From a virus (taxonomy: Duplodnaviria > Caudoviricetes): a stretch of DNA of 29,141 nucleotides. A program made the translations under genes and the position numbers. Positions 1 through 10,078 of the stretch are shown here, piece after piece. The stretch is taken from the IMG/VR virus record IMGVR_UViG_3300037182_000205, positions 1-29,141 of that record; one strand, given 5' to 3'. The first letter of the stretch is position 1; every line of letters starts with the position of its first letter. The notes beneath the pieces were generated by a model that searched no databases, was not told where the DNA came from, and worked only from the letters and a program-made list of their open reading frames with translations.

Positions 1-2109
1 CCCATTCCCAAGCCAATAGATTATGTGCGGATTGTAAGTATGCGACACGGGATCAATGGGAAGCACCTTCACGTCGCCGCCAGTATAATACTGACCAAAA
101 TTTGTGGTGAACCTATTTATCAAGGGGGTCATTATGCCGGTTTGTGGGTTCAGGGAATAGGTGAAAAAGACATTTGTGTTGCCCAACTGTGGGAATCCAG
201 TTGGCATCCCGCCGTCAAAATAAAGTGTGTTGCTGTCCAATCCGCTTAGGGCCATGCCGGAATATCCGCTCCCGCCGCCGTAAGGAGGATTAACGATTGT
301 GATATTCGTTCCAGTGTAAGTCCAATTTGTTGGATTGTATATGAGCACCCTGTTTGCCCCTGAGTAGTCATTTGGCGTGTTGTTGCTGCCGTCGAATAGG
401 CAAATTGCAGCATAGCCGTTTGTAAGGAACACAATCTCTTCGAGCACGTTTGGTGCCCAGTGCAGATCGGTCATTGAAAGCATATAGCCGTTATTCGAGA
501 ACACGCATAGCACATTCGACGCCGCCCCCTGCACGTAAGTAGGAGGGCTTCCAGCGTTAGTCAGAATGTTAATGATCTGATAATACAGTCCTTTGTAAGG
601 GGTCATCGCGCAACAATTATTATAACCAAGACGACTTACCGCATTAAGGCTTGGCTGATTCGTGTTCGCAATGAAAACATTCCCATTGGTGTCCATGACC
701 AGAAATTTACATCCAATGCCGCTTGCGCCAGTGGCAACCCCACTCGCTGGCGTGCCATACCAATTTGTTCCGTCAAACGCAAAACCCCCAAAGGGGTTTC
801 CCATGTCTGTTGGTAAATTAGTGTCATACCACAAAGCACCAGACCAAAGCTGATTCATTGAAGTGGTAGGAATGTTCAACCCCCCAATCTGAATGTTTGG
901 AGCCGGAATAATGCCAGTAGCAAGCTGGCCGACATAGTTCGTCGACGCCGCTCCCGCCGCCGCAAGAGTCGGAGCCGATGAGACGCTCAGACTTGCCGAA
1001 ACGACACCCGCGTTCGTCGTGTAATTCGTTACAAAGCTGATCGTGCCGTCCGAGTTGGTCAGAGAAAACGTGTTCGTCTCAATCGCGTTGTTTGCCTGGG
1101 CGACCGAAACGTTGGTTGCCAGCGCCGCCGCAATCGCCGCCGCGTCGTTCGTGGCTGCCGTCACCGCCGCCGCCACGATCCCGTTGCTGCCAGACGCCAC
1201 CGCGTTGCTCGCCAACTGGTTCACATACGCCGTCGTGCCTGAGTTCGCGTTGGTGTTGATCGTGTACTGGTTCACGCCGTTCGTGCTGATGAATACACCG
1301 TCCCCAGGCAAACCGCCCGCGCTTGAACTGATTGTGACGACGTTGCCGTTGGTTTGAGCTGTAACATTTGTTCCGGGAGCGACTTGCACACCGCCGGCCA
1401 AAGCGGACACCGCCGAATTCAGCGCGTTGCTATTCGCCTGAAAGAAGTTCGATGCACCCGGATAGGTGATTTGATTTGATCCATTCACCGTCACACCATT
1501 CAAAATTGGCGCTGGCGACAAATAATTCAACGGCCTGTCCTGAACCGTAATCGGCCCGCTCAATGCCGTCACCGTGCTTCCATCCGTGTTAGTGAAATAA
1601 ATGGACATCCAGTATTGCTGCGATGCCGCCCCTTGTAAGCTCACTCCGGTTAAGCTCGATGCAAAAGGAATAGTCACATGCTGATTCGTGGTCTGCGTGT
1701 TGTTGCCAGTGAGCCACGCTTGCCTCGAAAGATTCGTGTTGAACGCGGACAACGGCTCGTACCCGAGCAGCATCGGCGCATTGGTATCAAATTGACTTTG
1801 ATTCAAGGCCAAATAAACGCCGACGACATTCGTAAAATTGGTGGAATTAAACAGCGTGCCGTTGTTGAGAAACGATAGCTGGAATCCAATGGCATCTCCC
1901 CGCGTGAAAACAGGCTGGCCCCCGGTGTTGAGATTGAGCGGGTATGCTGATTGGCCGGTGTTGTATCCGGGCGCAACGGCTTGCGGGATGGCAATGTCGC
2001 AGCCAAGCCGGATGGTGATGTTGACGGCGCGCGCGGGCAGGCAAAAGGCCAGCAGGAACAGCGCGAGAAACAGTTTGGCGGCGGCGATTCTTTTCATAAT
2101 TTCCATCAT
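1..2109 (-). CDS. Putative tail fibre / receptor-binding protein with N-terminal signal peptide; 3' end beyond the window (not in ORF track)
   Basis: Manual translation from in-frame ATGs at 2109/2106/2097 (MMEIMKRIAAAKLFLALFLLAFCLPARA-VNITIRLG...) stays open to position 1 (~700 aa). T/N/G/A-rich. Last gene of the tail module. Confidence 0.8.
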   Translation of the reverse strand, partial: MMEIMKRIAAAKLFLALFLLAFCLPARAVNITIRLGCDIAIPQAVAPGYNTGQSAYPLNLNTGGQPVFTRGDAIGFQLSFLNNGTLFNSTNFTNVVGVYLALNQSQFDTNAPMLLGYEPLSAFNTNLSRQAWLTGNNTQTTNQHVTIPFASSLTGVSLQGAASQQYWMSIYFTNTDGSTVTALSGPITVQDRPLNYLSPAPILNGVTVNGSNQITYPGASNFFQANSNALNSAVSALAGGVQVAPGTNVTAQTNGNVVTISSSAGGLPGDGVFISTNGVNQYTINTNANSGTTAYVNQLASNAVASGSNGIVAAAVTAATNDAAAIAAALATNVSVAQANNAIETNTFSLTNSDGTISFVTNYTTNAGVVSASLSVSSAPTLAAAGAASTNYVGQLATGIIPAPNIQIGGLNIPTTSMNQLWSGALWYDTNLPTDMGNPFGGFAFDGTNWYGTPASGVATGASGIGCKFLVMDTNGNVFIANTNQPSLNAVSRLGYNNCCAMTPYKGLYYQIINILTNAGSPPTYVQGAASNVLCVFSNNGYMLSMTDLHWAPNVLEEIVFLTNGYAAICLFDGSNNTPNDYSGANRVLIYNPTNWTYTGTNITIVNPPYGGGSGYSGMALSGLDSNTLYFDGGMPTGFPQLGNTNVFFTYSLNPQTGIMTPLINRFTTNFGQYYTGGDVKVLPIDPVSHTYNPHIIYWLGNG

Positions 2110-2432
2110 AAAAGGTTCCCAGTCAAAGCATTTAACGCTTGCCTTGTCTTAGCGCAAGGCGATCCTTCTCGCAATTCAGTTGTCACATTCCCGCTCGCAT
2201 CCCGTTTGTTACACGGCCAATGGATTGCCTTTCCGATTGGGCCGGCGATTCCGTGGACAAGATCGCCCAGACCGCCGCAATCCCGGCCATGCTTCCTTTT
2301 CAACTCATCCAGCACCCCTTGCCCAATCTCGAAGTGGTCGCCGTTGCGTTTTCCGGCGGCGGTCAAATCCCGGAAGTAATCAGGTCGCTCCGCTTCGTGC
2401 GCCACAACTTCATGGTATGGGATAATCGTCAT
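2106..2432 (-). CDS. Small tail-region protein (108 aa) with GLGDLVH...C...C motif
   Basis: MTIIPYHEV... start overlaps the upstream stop (ATGA), and its own stop overlaps the next ATG. Start trimmed from the 2705 call in the track. Confidence 0.7.
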   Translation of the reverse strand: MTIIPYHEVVAHEAERPDYFRDLTAAGKRNGDHFEIGQGVLDELKRKHGRDCGGLGDLVHGIAGPIGKAIHWPCNKRDASGNVTTELREGSPCAKTRQALNALTGNLL

Positions 2433-4024
2433 GTGCAGGAGCAGGAACCGGTGCTGCCGCTGATGGATTGATTCACAGCAGCCGCCTCTCCCGGCGTCAG
2501 AGCGGCGATGTTCTTCACCGCCAGCAGCGTGCCACTGGCCGCGTTCGGGTCCAGCACGTAGCCAGTCGTGCCGTCGGCGGTGAACGTGTGGCAGGTCACG
2601 GTAGGGCAATTGTAAGTGCGAAGGCAGGCAGTGCCGGCGCACGGCGTCACTTGTGCCCGCGCCATGTATTGCGTCAGGAGCGCCATGTCCGGGGTCGCTG
2701 GGCACTTATTGAACGCAATCGCGCCGGTAATCGGCGTCCCGACAGTGCATCCACTCCACGGACCAAGGCCACCAATTGTTCCGACCGTCGCGCCGGAGTT
2801 CCCCGTCCCGTCAGTATTCCAGGTGTTCGTTCGGCTGGAGTTGCAGGGTTGGTCTGAGAAATTCGTCGCTTCCATCAGCGCCTGGGCATCCGCCGAGACG
2901 TCCGACCACAAATAGGAGTCGCCGCCCAGAGTGATGGTCTGAGTCACCGTCGCCGGCGCGCTCGCCAGCGGCCCCTCCTTGAATGGAATCGCCTCGTATT
3001 CTACGGCCGAGTTCCAGTCCCAGGCCGCAAATTCAAACACGATGGACGTGGAAGAAAAAGACCATGTCACCAGTTGATGCCCTTGATTGCCTGAGATGAA
3101 AAACAGGCTGTCAATGGTTACAGTTGCCCCAACGTAAGTGTAAGTCGGCCCCCATCCAATGGTCAGTCGGGAAGGGACATTTGGGAAAATTAAAGGGGCT
3201 TGCTCCGTGGATGGCGCGGTTCCCGGCGCGGTGTAAGTCGGCGTGGTCTCGTCGTAACGGTTGGCGAACGTCCAGTCATAAACAAGCGTCCCTGACGCCG
3301 CGCATTCCTGCACCGTCATGTCAGAAAATGAATTGCACGAATCGTTCGTCGCACCCATGAGCGCAATCAAGTTTGTCATCGTGGCAGGGAACAGCGGGAA
3401 ATTATTCAGCACCGTCGTTGTTGTCACTTCAAATTGCGCCGTGTTGGTTGTCTGCGAGAAAATTGCCCGCTGGGCAACGGCGTTGACGGGACTCATCGGC
3501 CAGCCGCTCGGCCCACCAACATCTGGCGCGCCATCGGCCCCTTCAGCGCCGGGGTTGCTTGGGTCCCACGTCAGGAAATCCCACGCTTCGAAATGCGCTG
3601 TGTCCAGGAACGGCGAAATCGTGCTGCCCGCAACCGCCGCCGTGCAGATAAACACCCGGTAATACTTCGGATATCTCTGGGTCAGGCCCGTCAAGTAATC
3701 CGTCATCGGCCCCGCCGCCGGCCATTCCTGCAACACAAGGTCGCCTGGATTGAACGCCGACGTGCTTCCTGTGCAGGCGTAAGTGAACGTGGTGCTGTCC
3801 AGTTGCAGGCTGCTCACCGCGAAAGTCCAGGAGCCGGACGATGGGTCGTAAGCGCCGGCGTCGCTCCATGTCGCATAGACCCAGTTCGCCTTAAACCCCG
3901 GAAACGCGAAGCCGCCCGCGAAGCCGAGCCACGACTTCTGCCCGATGATTTGCCGCGCCGTGCTGCAGGCGCATGGAGCGGCGCAACAGTCTGGCGGGCA
4001 CTTCATTATTCCTGGTGGTAGCAT
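2429..4024 (-). CDS. Cys-rich minor tail / tail-tip protein (531 aa)
   Basis: Long ORF tightly coupled to its neighbours; Cys clusters at both ends (KCPPDCCAAPCAC; CSCT); located downstream of the tape measure gene. Confidence 0.7.
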   Translation of the reverse strand: MLPPGIMKCPPDCCAAPCACSTARQIIGQKSWLGFAGGFAFPGFKANWVYATWSDAGAYDPSSGSWTFAVSSLQLDSTTFTYACTGSTSAFNPGDLVLQEWPAAGPMTDYLTGLTQRYPKYYRVFICTAAVAGSTISPFLDTAHFEAWDFLTWDPSNPGAEGADGAPDVGGPSGWPMSPVNAVAQRAIFSQTTNTAQFEVTTTTVLNNFPLFPATMTNLIALMGATNDSCNSFSDMTVQECAASGTLVYDWTFANRYDETTPTYTAPGTAPSTEQAPLIFPNVPSRLTIGWGPTYTYVGATVTIDSLFFISGNQGHQLVTWSFSSTSIVFEFAAWDWNSAVEYEAIPFKEGPLASAPATVTQTITLGGDSYLWSDVSADAQALMEATNFSDQPCNSSRTNTWNTDGTGNSGATVGTIGGLGPWSGCTVGTPITGAIAFNKCPATPDMALLTQYMARAQVTPCAGTACLRTYNCPTVTCHTFTADGTTGYVLDPNAASGTLLAVKNIAALTPGEAAAVNQSISGSTGSCSCT

Positions 4025-4025
4025 A

Positions 4026-4643
4026 TTAAGATGGGCTTATGAAGTAAGGTGGTCCGCAAGCTATCAGCCGATATGCCAGTGTGCCTGACACTGCACCACT
4101 TGGAAGCGCGTCGCAGGTCTGCATCGGTTGGAATGAAATCAAGTCAATCCAGAAAAGCCCGTCCGCATCCGCAATGTCAGTCTGAAGATGCTGCGCACAA
4201 ACCCCCGCGACATCAGTTGACGTGATGTTTTCCAACTGCTGAGGCACGTTGTATTTTCCACTTCCGGCAACCTCCGCGGGAACGTCTTGAACCGCCTGCC
4301 AAATGCCCGGACAAGTTTTCAATACTGTATTTGTTACAAGGTCGGTAAGTCCTGTCGTCACAAGAGCATTGCCCGCTGAGATATAAACAAACGTCCCCGC
4401 CTTAACCGCGACTGTCGGGTCAAGCTCCTTTGGGTCTTGCCACGGGAAGACAAAAGAGCCGCCACCGCCGCCTTTATTTCCTTTCGGAAACTGAATCACC
4501 CATTCCACTCCGCCGCTCGCCACGGGCCGCTTTGACGCACCAACAATGTTTGTAACGGTATGATACCGCAGAAATCGCGTGACCTTGCGAAGCCATATTT
4601 GAATCGGGCCATTCCCAGGAGGGTCTTGTGGGTAAAGGTGCAT
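4026..4643 (-). CDS. Minor tail protein (hypothetical, ~205 aa)
   Basis: ATG at 4643 lies 1 nt after the upstream stop (MHLYPQDPPG...); Gly linker; tail-module position. Confidence 0.7.
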   Translation of the reverse strand: MHLYPQDPPGNGPIQIWLRKVTRFLRYHTVTNIVGASKRPVASGGVEWVIQFPKGNKGGGGGSFVFPWQDPKELDPTVAVKAGTFVYISAGNALVTTGLTDLVTNTVLKTCPGIWQAVQDVPAEVAGSGKYNVPQQLENITSTDVAGVCAQHLQTDIADADGLFWIDLISFQPMQTCDALPSGAVSGTLAYRLIACGPPYFISPS

Positions 4644-4644
4644 A

Positions 4645-5667
4645 TTACAGCGGGTATCCAAAAAGGGCAACCGGCCACAAGCCAAACTGGTAATGCTGTT
4701 CCGTCCGCCACTTCCACGAATTAACCCGGCTGACGGATGGCCGCGTCTTATACCATCCATATTGCAAATCACCCGGAAGAACAATGTATTGACCTGGCGT
4801 CGGCTGAGTAGGGAGCGTAATAAAGAACAGACCGCTTGCCCCTTCAATCGAAGCCATGCTCCCGGTCGAAATAATCTGGTTAATATGGCTGTAAGCCAAT
4901 GATGTTCCGTATAAACTGGAAAAGAATCGCGTGTGTTTCAATACGGATGCCTCCAATGGAAAATCGGATACCCCCGATTGCATCAGCTTGTAAAGAGTAA
5001 ATGCGGCCTGATAATCGGCGGACGGGCATGGAAGATATGTGTAGGTATTTTTCTCTCCGTTTATCGGATTGAGTTCGCTAATTGGCGTGTTGTAAGGCGG
5101 ATAGCTTCCATCGTCAAATATGTAGCACGTTCCGCTGCTTAAAACCACACCGCTCTGTCCCGTTGTCACATCCGTTCCCCATATCGGATTGCTGTCCTCT
5201 ATGGCCGCTTTTATCGCAAGCTTCGTCTCCGATGACCCCGCGCAGCCGGCAATGGTATAATCCAACCCTTCACTGCCTGTTGGCGAAACGTTCAAGTTGA
5301 CAAATCCGAATGGAAAGTCCGCGCTTAACAAAGGTTTCTGATTTTGGTTCTGCTCCATTTCCCAAAAACTCAACAACACTTCGTTGACGTAATTTGTCAG
5401 TCCGGGAGTCCCGTAATATCCGGCCTCCGCCTCAATCTCACTTTGTCCGTGAGTCAGTCTGGTAACGGTAAAATTCCACCTGTTCGGAAGGAAGTTGTTG
5501 GCTGCGTCGGCGTCAACCAGAGCATCCGCGCCCTTACCCCTATAACGCATGAACTGACCTGTGTCACTGACGCCGTATGAAAATCCGGGCTGGTTCCAAT
5601 AATCATTGGCGGCACCTCCCGGCCCTACGTTTCTTCGCGGCGGTAATATGGCTGGATTTCCTGGCAT
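4645..5667 (-). CDS. Distal-tail/hub-like minor tail protein (340 aa)
   Basis: First gene after the tape measure; beta-rich and aromatic. Function assigned by synteny only. Confidence 0.65.
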   Translation of the reverse strand: MPGNPAILPPRRNVGPGGAANDYWNQPGFSYGVSDTGQFMRYRGKGADALVDADAANNFLPNRWNFTVTRLTHGQSEIEAEAGYYGTPGLTNYVNEVLLSFWEMEQNQNQKPLLSADFPFGFVNLNVSPTGSEGLDYTIAGCAGSSETKLAIKAAIEDSNPIWGTDVTTGQSGVVLSSGTCYIFDDGSYPPYNTPISELNPINGEKNTYTYLPCPSADYQAAFTLYKLMQSGVSDFPLEASVLKHTRFFSSLYGTSLAYSHINQIISTGSMASIEGASGLFFITLPTQPTPGQYIVLPGDLQYGWYKTRPSVSRVNSWKWRTEQHYQFGLWPVALFGYPL

Positions 5668-5670
5668 AAA

Positions 5671-7317
5671 TTAAGGGGGTGCTGTAAAACCTCTGCCTGT
5701 GTTTCTTGAAATGTTTCCCAAATGCCGGTTTGCCTCGCGCAAGTGCCGGTTCGTTTCTCGCTGGCCGTCAGCAAGGGTTTCAATCTGCCCCTTGGACGAT
5801 CCTAACAAATTCCCGGATTGCACAAGAGTGCCAAAACTTTCGGAATGGCCGGACTTCTTTTTCCCCATCTCAAGACTGGCGATTTCGGAACCATACTTTC
5901 CTTTCACTCCCAAAGCCGTTTCGGCCTCTTCGACTGCTTTGTTGTATTTATTGAACACCTCTGCGTTTTCTTTAACATTTCCCTTGGCATTATCCAACTC
6001 CGTAATCAACACAGTCTGAGCTAGTTGAATTTTAGTCCATTGTGCAATCGCCGAATCTTTTGCTGCAATGGCAGCATTCAGAGACATGTCAGATATTTTC
6101 TTACCGTTCACTTCCAGGTCCTTCATAACATCTTGCGCTGTTGTTGGAAGGGATTCAAACTTATATTGGCCTTGCGGTATGTTTGGGTTATACGTTTCGT
6201 GCATTGTAAATGGCGTGCTATTCATCTTCTTCCGCACGGCATCTTCTATGTCCGATGCGTCATTCATCACCTTTTCAATTCCACGAAGCCCAAGTGTCCC
6301 AGCCAACACTTTTTCATCAGCCGCTATAACAGAATCCGAAAGATTTTTCTTTTGAGCGTCCGACTTTGCCCTCAACTGCTCCGCGATTTCCTTGTCCATT
6401 CTAAGCTGGTCCATGTCAAACTGATAAAGCTGACTTGCACTCGCACCGCGAAGTTGCATAATCTCGCGCTGTGCTGCCGACTCCTCTTTCATTAGTTTCA
6501 GCTTTTGATCAACCAATTCCAGTTGTGTTTTGCGAGAATTATTTTCCTCGTTCAACCATTTCACAAGACTTTGACGTTCTCTTGTTGCGTCCTCAATCTG
6601 CTTTGTTTCATCCGCCGCAGAGTGCTTTGTAGCATCCATCATGTCCGCTAAATTTTTTTGCTCAACAGCAAGCTCACGGAAATGCCTCACAAGCAGATAC
6701 ACACCGACAGCAAGAGCGGCAACGGCGATAATCGCCAATCCCCATCCGCTTAACAGAAATGGCTGCGTCCCCGCAACTGTTCGTTGAGCGGTTGCAAGTT
6801 CATTTGCCGCCTGTGCTTGATTTTTAAGCGCCGCAGCCTTTTTAGTGGCTTCAACCGCACCCACTTGAACCGCGTAATTATCCCTCAACTGTTGACGCGT
6901 CATGTCCACCAAGTTTAAATTCTTAGCCTGAGCAGCCTGATGCTGAGCAATTGTCGCAACCGCTTCCGCCTTCTCAGCCTGATGCGATAACGCTATGGCG
7001 TATTTTTCAGACTCCAAAGTCGTGTCCTTGACCATGTATTTCAACACACCCATCCGTTGCGCGAGAATCGTAACAGAGCCGGGAATTCGGGAATAGTTCC
7101 CGCGCCCTAATTCTCGGAACAATACAACGGTTTCACCAATAATGCCGCCGCGACCGCCCCCGCCGATCATCGAGCCTGCCGCCGTGGAATAACCCGCCGT
7201 CGTTCCGCTCAGTGCGCCGGAAATACGTCCCCCAGCCTGCTTCGCCATTGTCTCCATCTGGTTTAACCCAGACGGATCAACGCGAAACCCCGCTTCCATT
7301 TCCAGACGATCAGCCAT
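5671..7317 (-). CDS. Tail tape measure protein (548 aa)
   Basis: Ala/Lys/Glu-rich helical and coiled-coil sequence with a hydrophobic segment (WGLAIIAVAALAVGVYLLV); follows tube and chaperone genes. Confidence 0.85.
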   Translation of the reverse strand: MADRLEMEAGFRVDPSGLNQMETMAKQAGGRISGALSGTTAGYSTAAGSMIGGGGRGGIIGETVVLFRELGRGNYSRIPGSVTILAQRMGVLKYMVKDTTLESEKYAIALSHQAEKAEAVATIAQHQAAQAKNLNLVDMTRQQLRDNYAVQVGAVEATKKAAALKNQAQAANELATAQRTVAGTQPFLLSGWGLAIIAVAALAVGVYLLVRHFRELAVEQKNLADMMDATKHSAADETKQIEDATRERQSLVKWLNEENNSRKTQLELVDQKLKLMKEESAAQREIMQLRGASASQLYQFDMDQLRMDKEIAEQLRAKSDAQKKNLSDSVIAADEKVLAGTLGLRGIEKVMNDASDIEDAVRKKMNSTPFTMHETYNPNIPQGQYKFESLPTTAQDVMKDLEVNGKKISDMSLNAAIAAKDSAIAQWTKIQLAQTVLITELDNAKGNVKENAEVFNKYNKAVEEAETALGVKGKYGSEIASLEMGKKKSGHSESFGTLVQSGNLLGSSKGQIETLADGQRETNRHLREANRHLGNISRNTGRGFTAPP

Positions 7318-8197
7318 TGTCTTCCTTTCTGCGCTGCTCAGAAAATTCCAGCATGGCCTTCAATTTTTCCTGAAATTCATTCAGTTGGGAATCGTCCAGC
7401 GGCTTTTGGTTCTGAGTCACTTCTTCGTCTGTTAAGAATCGGCACGCTCCTTGAGCCTCAAGATGCTTGTAAAAATCATAGACGGCCTTTGTCAGCGGCT
7501 CCTCGTCAATCTCTTCTTTAGTCCATCCTTGAAACTCTCGCAATGTGGCCTCAATGCCTTGGCTCCAATGCGCACCGGAAGCCGCCGCGTCGGTTGGCTC
7601 AAGCATGACGCGCGAGGACAAATCAAGCGCACCGGTGGTAACGTATTCTTGAAAAATCCGCGCTTGTTCCTCCAGATATTGAGCATCCGCCTGCAAGACT
7701 ATTCCGCCAAATACCCGCTCAATTAGCCGCCCGATCAGGAACCATGTAAAACATCGCGGTGGCATGAAACCGTAACGCCGCATCCATTGGCGCATTCTGG
7801 ATTTCAGCGTAGGCTCTTTTCCGCAAAATGTCCGGGTCAGCCAAGGGAAGTATTTTCGGAAGAACTGACGCGATTTAGATTCGCAACTTTCGCCGGAAAT
7901 GAACGCCGCGAACTCATCGCATTTCATGGAGCATATCAAAACCCCATAGACAAGGTCGCGCGTACCCGCCATTGCCGGAATGTCCGCAACAAAGGCAACC
8001 TTGAATCGGGCCATGAGCCGATACCGCCCCACGGACAACGGCTTAAGTGGCAACCCGCAAACGACCGGAGGTTCGGGGATGATGGCTTGAAAATAATCCT
8101 CGTTCGGAAACGCGAGAGGTTTGATTTCCGGCTGTCCCTGCGCCGCCGGTTTGGCTTCTGGCGGCGGCGCAACCCCAATGGAGGTTGCGTCTTGCAT
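7310..8197 (-). CDS. Putative tail assembly chaperone (295 aa)
   Basis: Lies between tail tube and tape measure; GLPLKPLSVG and GWTKEEIDEEPL segments resemble tail chaperones. Confidence 0.65.
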   Translation of the reverse strand: MQDATSIGVAPPPEAKPAAQGQPEIKPLAFPNEDYFQAIIPEPPVVCGLPLKPLSVGRYRLMARFKVAFVADIPAMAGTRDLVYGVLICSMKCDEFAAFISGESCESKSRQFFRKYFPWLTRTFCGKEPTLKSRMRQWMRRYGFMPPRCFTWFLIGRLIERVFGGIVLQADAQYLEEQARIFQEYVTTGALDLSSRVMLEPTDAAASGAHWSQGIEATLREFQGWTKEEIDEEPLTKAVYDFYKHLEAQGACRFLTDEEVTQNQKPLDDSQLNEFQEKLKAMLEFSEQRRKEDNG

Positions 8198-8202
8198 GAT
8201 GT

Positions 8203-8676
8203 TTATGCGGGGGCGGCTTGCGTAATACCAGGCCGGCGTTCAAGATTGCATGTGAATGTCCGGGCGTCTTTGTTGGAGCCGGTTGTACCGGAATCAATGA
8301 CTTCAAACACGCCGGGGGCCACAGTTGGAGTTTGCGGTGATCCATTTGCGAAATCTGGCATTCCAGGACACGCGGTAATTGTGAGCAGGACTCCCGGAAG
8401 CACATTCTGCTGCAAAAAAGCAATGGATGCCAGAGCGTCGGCAATACCAACGCCGCGAATAGTGAACTCCAAATCCGCTCCCGTATGAGGGTCAGCCCAA
8501 TTGCTTGAAACCCCGTTTCCAACTTCATCCTCGACAATCAACCTTGTTGCCTTTGGTGCGTGCTTGGCAGATCGCAACATCACTTTGGATGTCATGGCTC
8601 CGGCGGGAGTGGTGATGGTAATGCCGCCGTAAAATCCGACAATAACCGGCGTGCCGTTGATGGTGTTGGCGATCAT
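8203..8676 (-). CDS. Major tail tube protein (157 aa)
   Basis: Size, alternating beta pattern and position two genes upstream of the tape measure. Confidence 0.65.
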   Translation of the reverse strand: MIANTINGTPVIVGFYGGITITTPAGAMTSKVMLRSAKHAPKATRLIVEDEVGNGVSSNWADPHTGADLEFTIRGVGIADALASIAFLQQNVLPGVLLTITACPGMPDFANGSPQTPTVAPGVFEVIDSGTTGSNKDARTFTCNLERRPGITQAAPA

Positions 8677-8681
8677 AAAAG

Positions 8682-9011
8682 TTAATCAGATTTCTTTATC
8701 AGCGTCGGGGTGACATGAGCGACAATTTCACGTCCAACAATGCCGTTGCATTGAAACATGACCCGGCAACCACGCGCTGCGGATGGCATTTGTTCAATCA
8801 TCTCCTTCGCAGTGCGCTTGGCAGTGGCGAGCTTGGCGGGATCGGCAAAAGGAGGATTAAACCCGTCCACTTCGGCGGTCATTTCATCACGCAATCCTTC
8901 CATGAACTCAAACCGGAAAGAATCGCTCACGATTTTCTTGGGCGCGACGGGAGGAGCCGGAGGAAATGGGGCCTTCGATTCGGAGGCTGGAGCGTTGGAT
9001 GTTTCAGACAT
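8682..9011 (-). CDS. Hypothetical protein (109 aa)
   Basis: Co-oriented ORF that fills the gap between its neighbours. Confidence 0.7.
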   Translation of the reverse strand: MSETSNAPASESKAPFPPAPPVAPKKIVSDSFRFEFMEGLRDEMTAEVDGFNPPFADPAKLATAKRTAKEMIEQMPSAARGCRVMFQCNGIVGREIVAHVTPTLIKKSD

Positions 9012-9022
9012 AGTGTTGATCG

Positions 9023-9475
9023 TTAAGGGCCGTAGATTGAAGAGGCGGCAACGGCGTTAGTTGCACCTGTTCCACTGGCGTTCGTTGGCTGGCCGGAGAG
9101 AAATAGGTAAATCGGAACATTGGTATAAAACGGCTGAATGGAAATGGAATAATTCGTGTTCGTTGTGCCCGTAGAGCCAATGTTTGTCAGAGGAGATGTG
9201 GTGAAAATGCCATTCGTGACCGGATTTGCCCCAGTTGGACTCAACGACATTAGCACTTGGCCGTTCATCATCACGTTGGTATTTGTCCACGAAAGAAACA
9301 GCGTGATTGGGCGGACATTGTAGGAAAGCGTGTTGCTCCCTTGGACCGGGGTTGTGGTAAAACTTCCGGCAGCGAGCCATTGCGGGCCTCCATATCCGGC
9401 CACTTGCGCGCGAGCGGGTGCAGCCATGATGACAAACAAGGCGAGAATGAATGTGACGGCGAAAGTTTTCTTCAT
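9023..9475 (-). CDS. Signal-peptide-bearing, Thr-Asn-rich beta protein in the tail module (150 aa)
   Basis: MKK-TFAVTFILALFVIMAAP-ARA|Q is a tripartite signal peptide. The mature region has 9 TN dipeptides, no D/E/K and one R. Confidence 0.85.
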   Translation of the reverse strand: MKKTFAVTFILALFVIMAAPARAQVAGYGGPQWLAAGSFTTTPVQGSNTLSYNVRPITLFLSWTNTNVMMNGQVLMSLSPTGANPVTNGIFTTSPLTNIGSTGTTNTNYSISIQPFYTNVPIYLFLSGQPTNASGTGATNAVAASSIYGP

Positions 9476-9504
9476 ATCGTAAATCTGGTTAAGTCAACCG
9501 CCCG

Positions 9505-10053
9505 CTACGGCAGCATGTTTGAATCTGCGGCGAGACAGTTGAAAACGATCTCCCTTGCCCAAAACGTCCCCTTGTCACCGCCGCTTCTTTTTTCCTCAAC
9601 ACCCATCGTCACAGGACGCCAATCGAGGATTTGAAAGTCAGCCATGTCAGCGTTGTCCGCCTGTTGTTGCGCGGTTCCTGTTGTAGCCAATGCCTGGCCC
9701 ATTGTGGTCAGCAGCCAGCGCATATAACCGTAAGTCACTCCATCAGCCGAAAGCGTCAATGCGGACTTTACGGTGGTAAAATGAGAGTTGGCATCAGTGC
9801 GCCGTGCGGCATAATCAGCATTAGACGGGTTATCAACCGCATCATCCTCCAAGCAAATGCAAACATTTGGAAAATGATAATTTCCGGGTTGATCCGGCTC
9901 TTCGTCGCCATCCCCGCATGTTGCGGTGGTTAGTGGCAGTTTTCGCTCAATGTTTTCCGGGGCGGCGATAATCACACCTTGCACATTTGCCGCGACAAGG
10001 ACAGCCTTTATAGCGCGGGTAATTTTGCTTTGAAGATCGGATGGATTTGCCAT
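9505..10053 (-). CDS. Putative tail terminator / completion protein (182 aa)
   Basis: Located between the neck gene and tail tube; alpha/beta pattern with N-terminal helix and LP motif. Confidence 0.6.
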   Translation of the reverse strand: MANPSDLQSKITRAIKAVLVAANVQGVIIAAPENIERKLPLTTATCGDGDEEPDQPGNYHFPNVCICLEDDAVDNPSNADYAARRTDANSHFTTVKSALTLSADGVTYGYMRWLLTTMGQALATTGTAQQQADNADMADFQILDWRPVTMGVEEKRSGGDKGTFWAREIVFNCLAADSNMLP

Positions 10054-10078
10054 TCTAAAAAAGGGCGTCCAGTCAAAA

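Noticed and set aside
1-4024. Diversity-generating retroelement or invertible tail-fibre cassette
   Set aside because: No reverse transcriptase, invertase or template/variable repeat pair seen; one could lie outside the window.
7310-8197. Programmed G/GT frameshift in the tail chaperone
   Set aside because: A single ORF spans tube to tape measure, so no second frame is needed.
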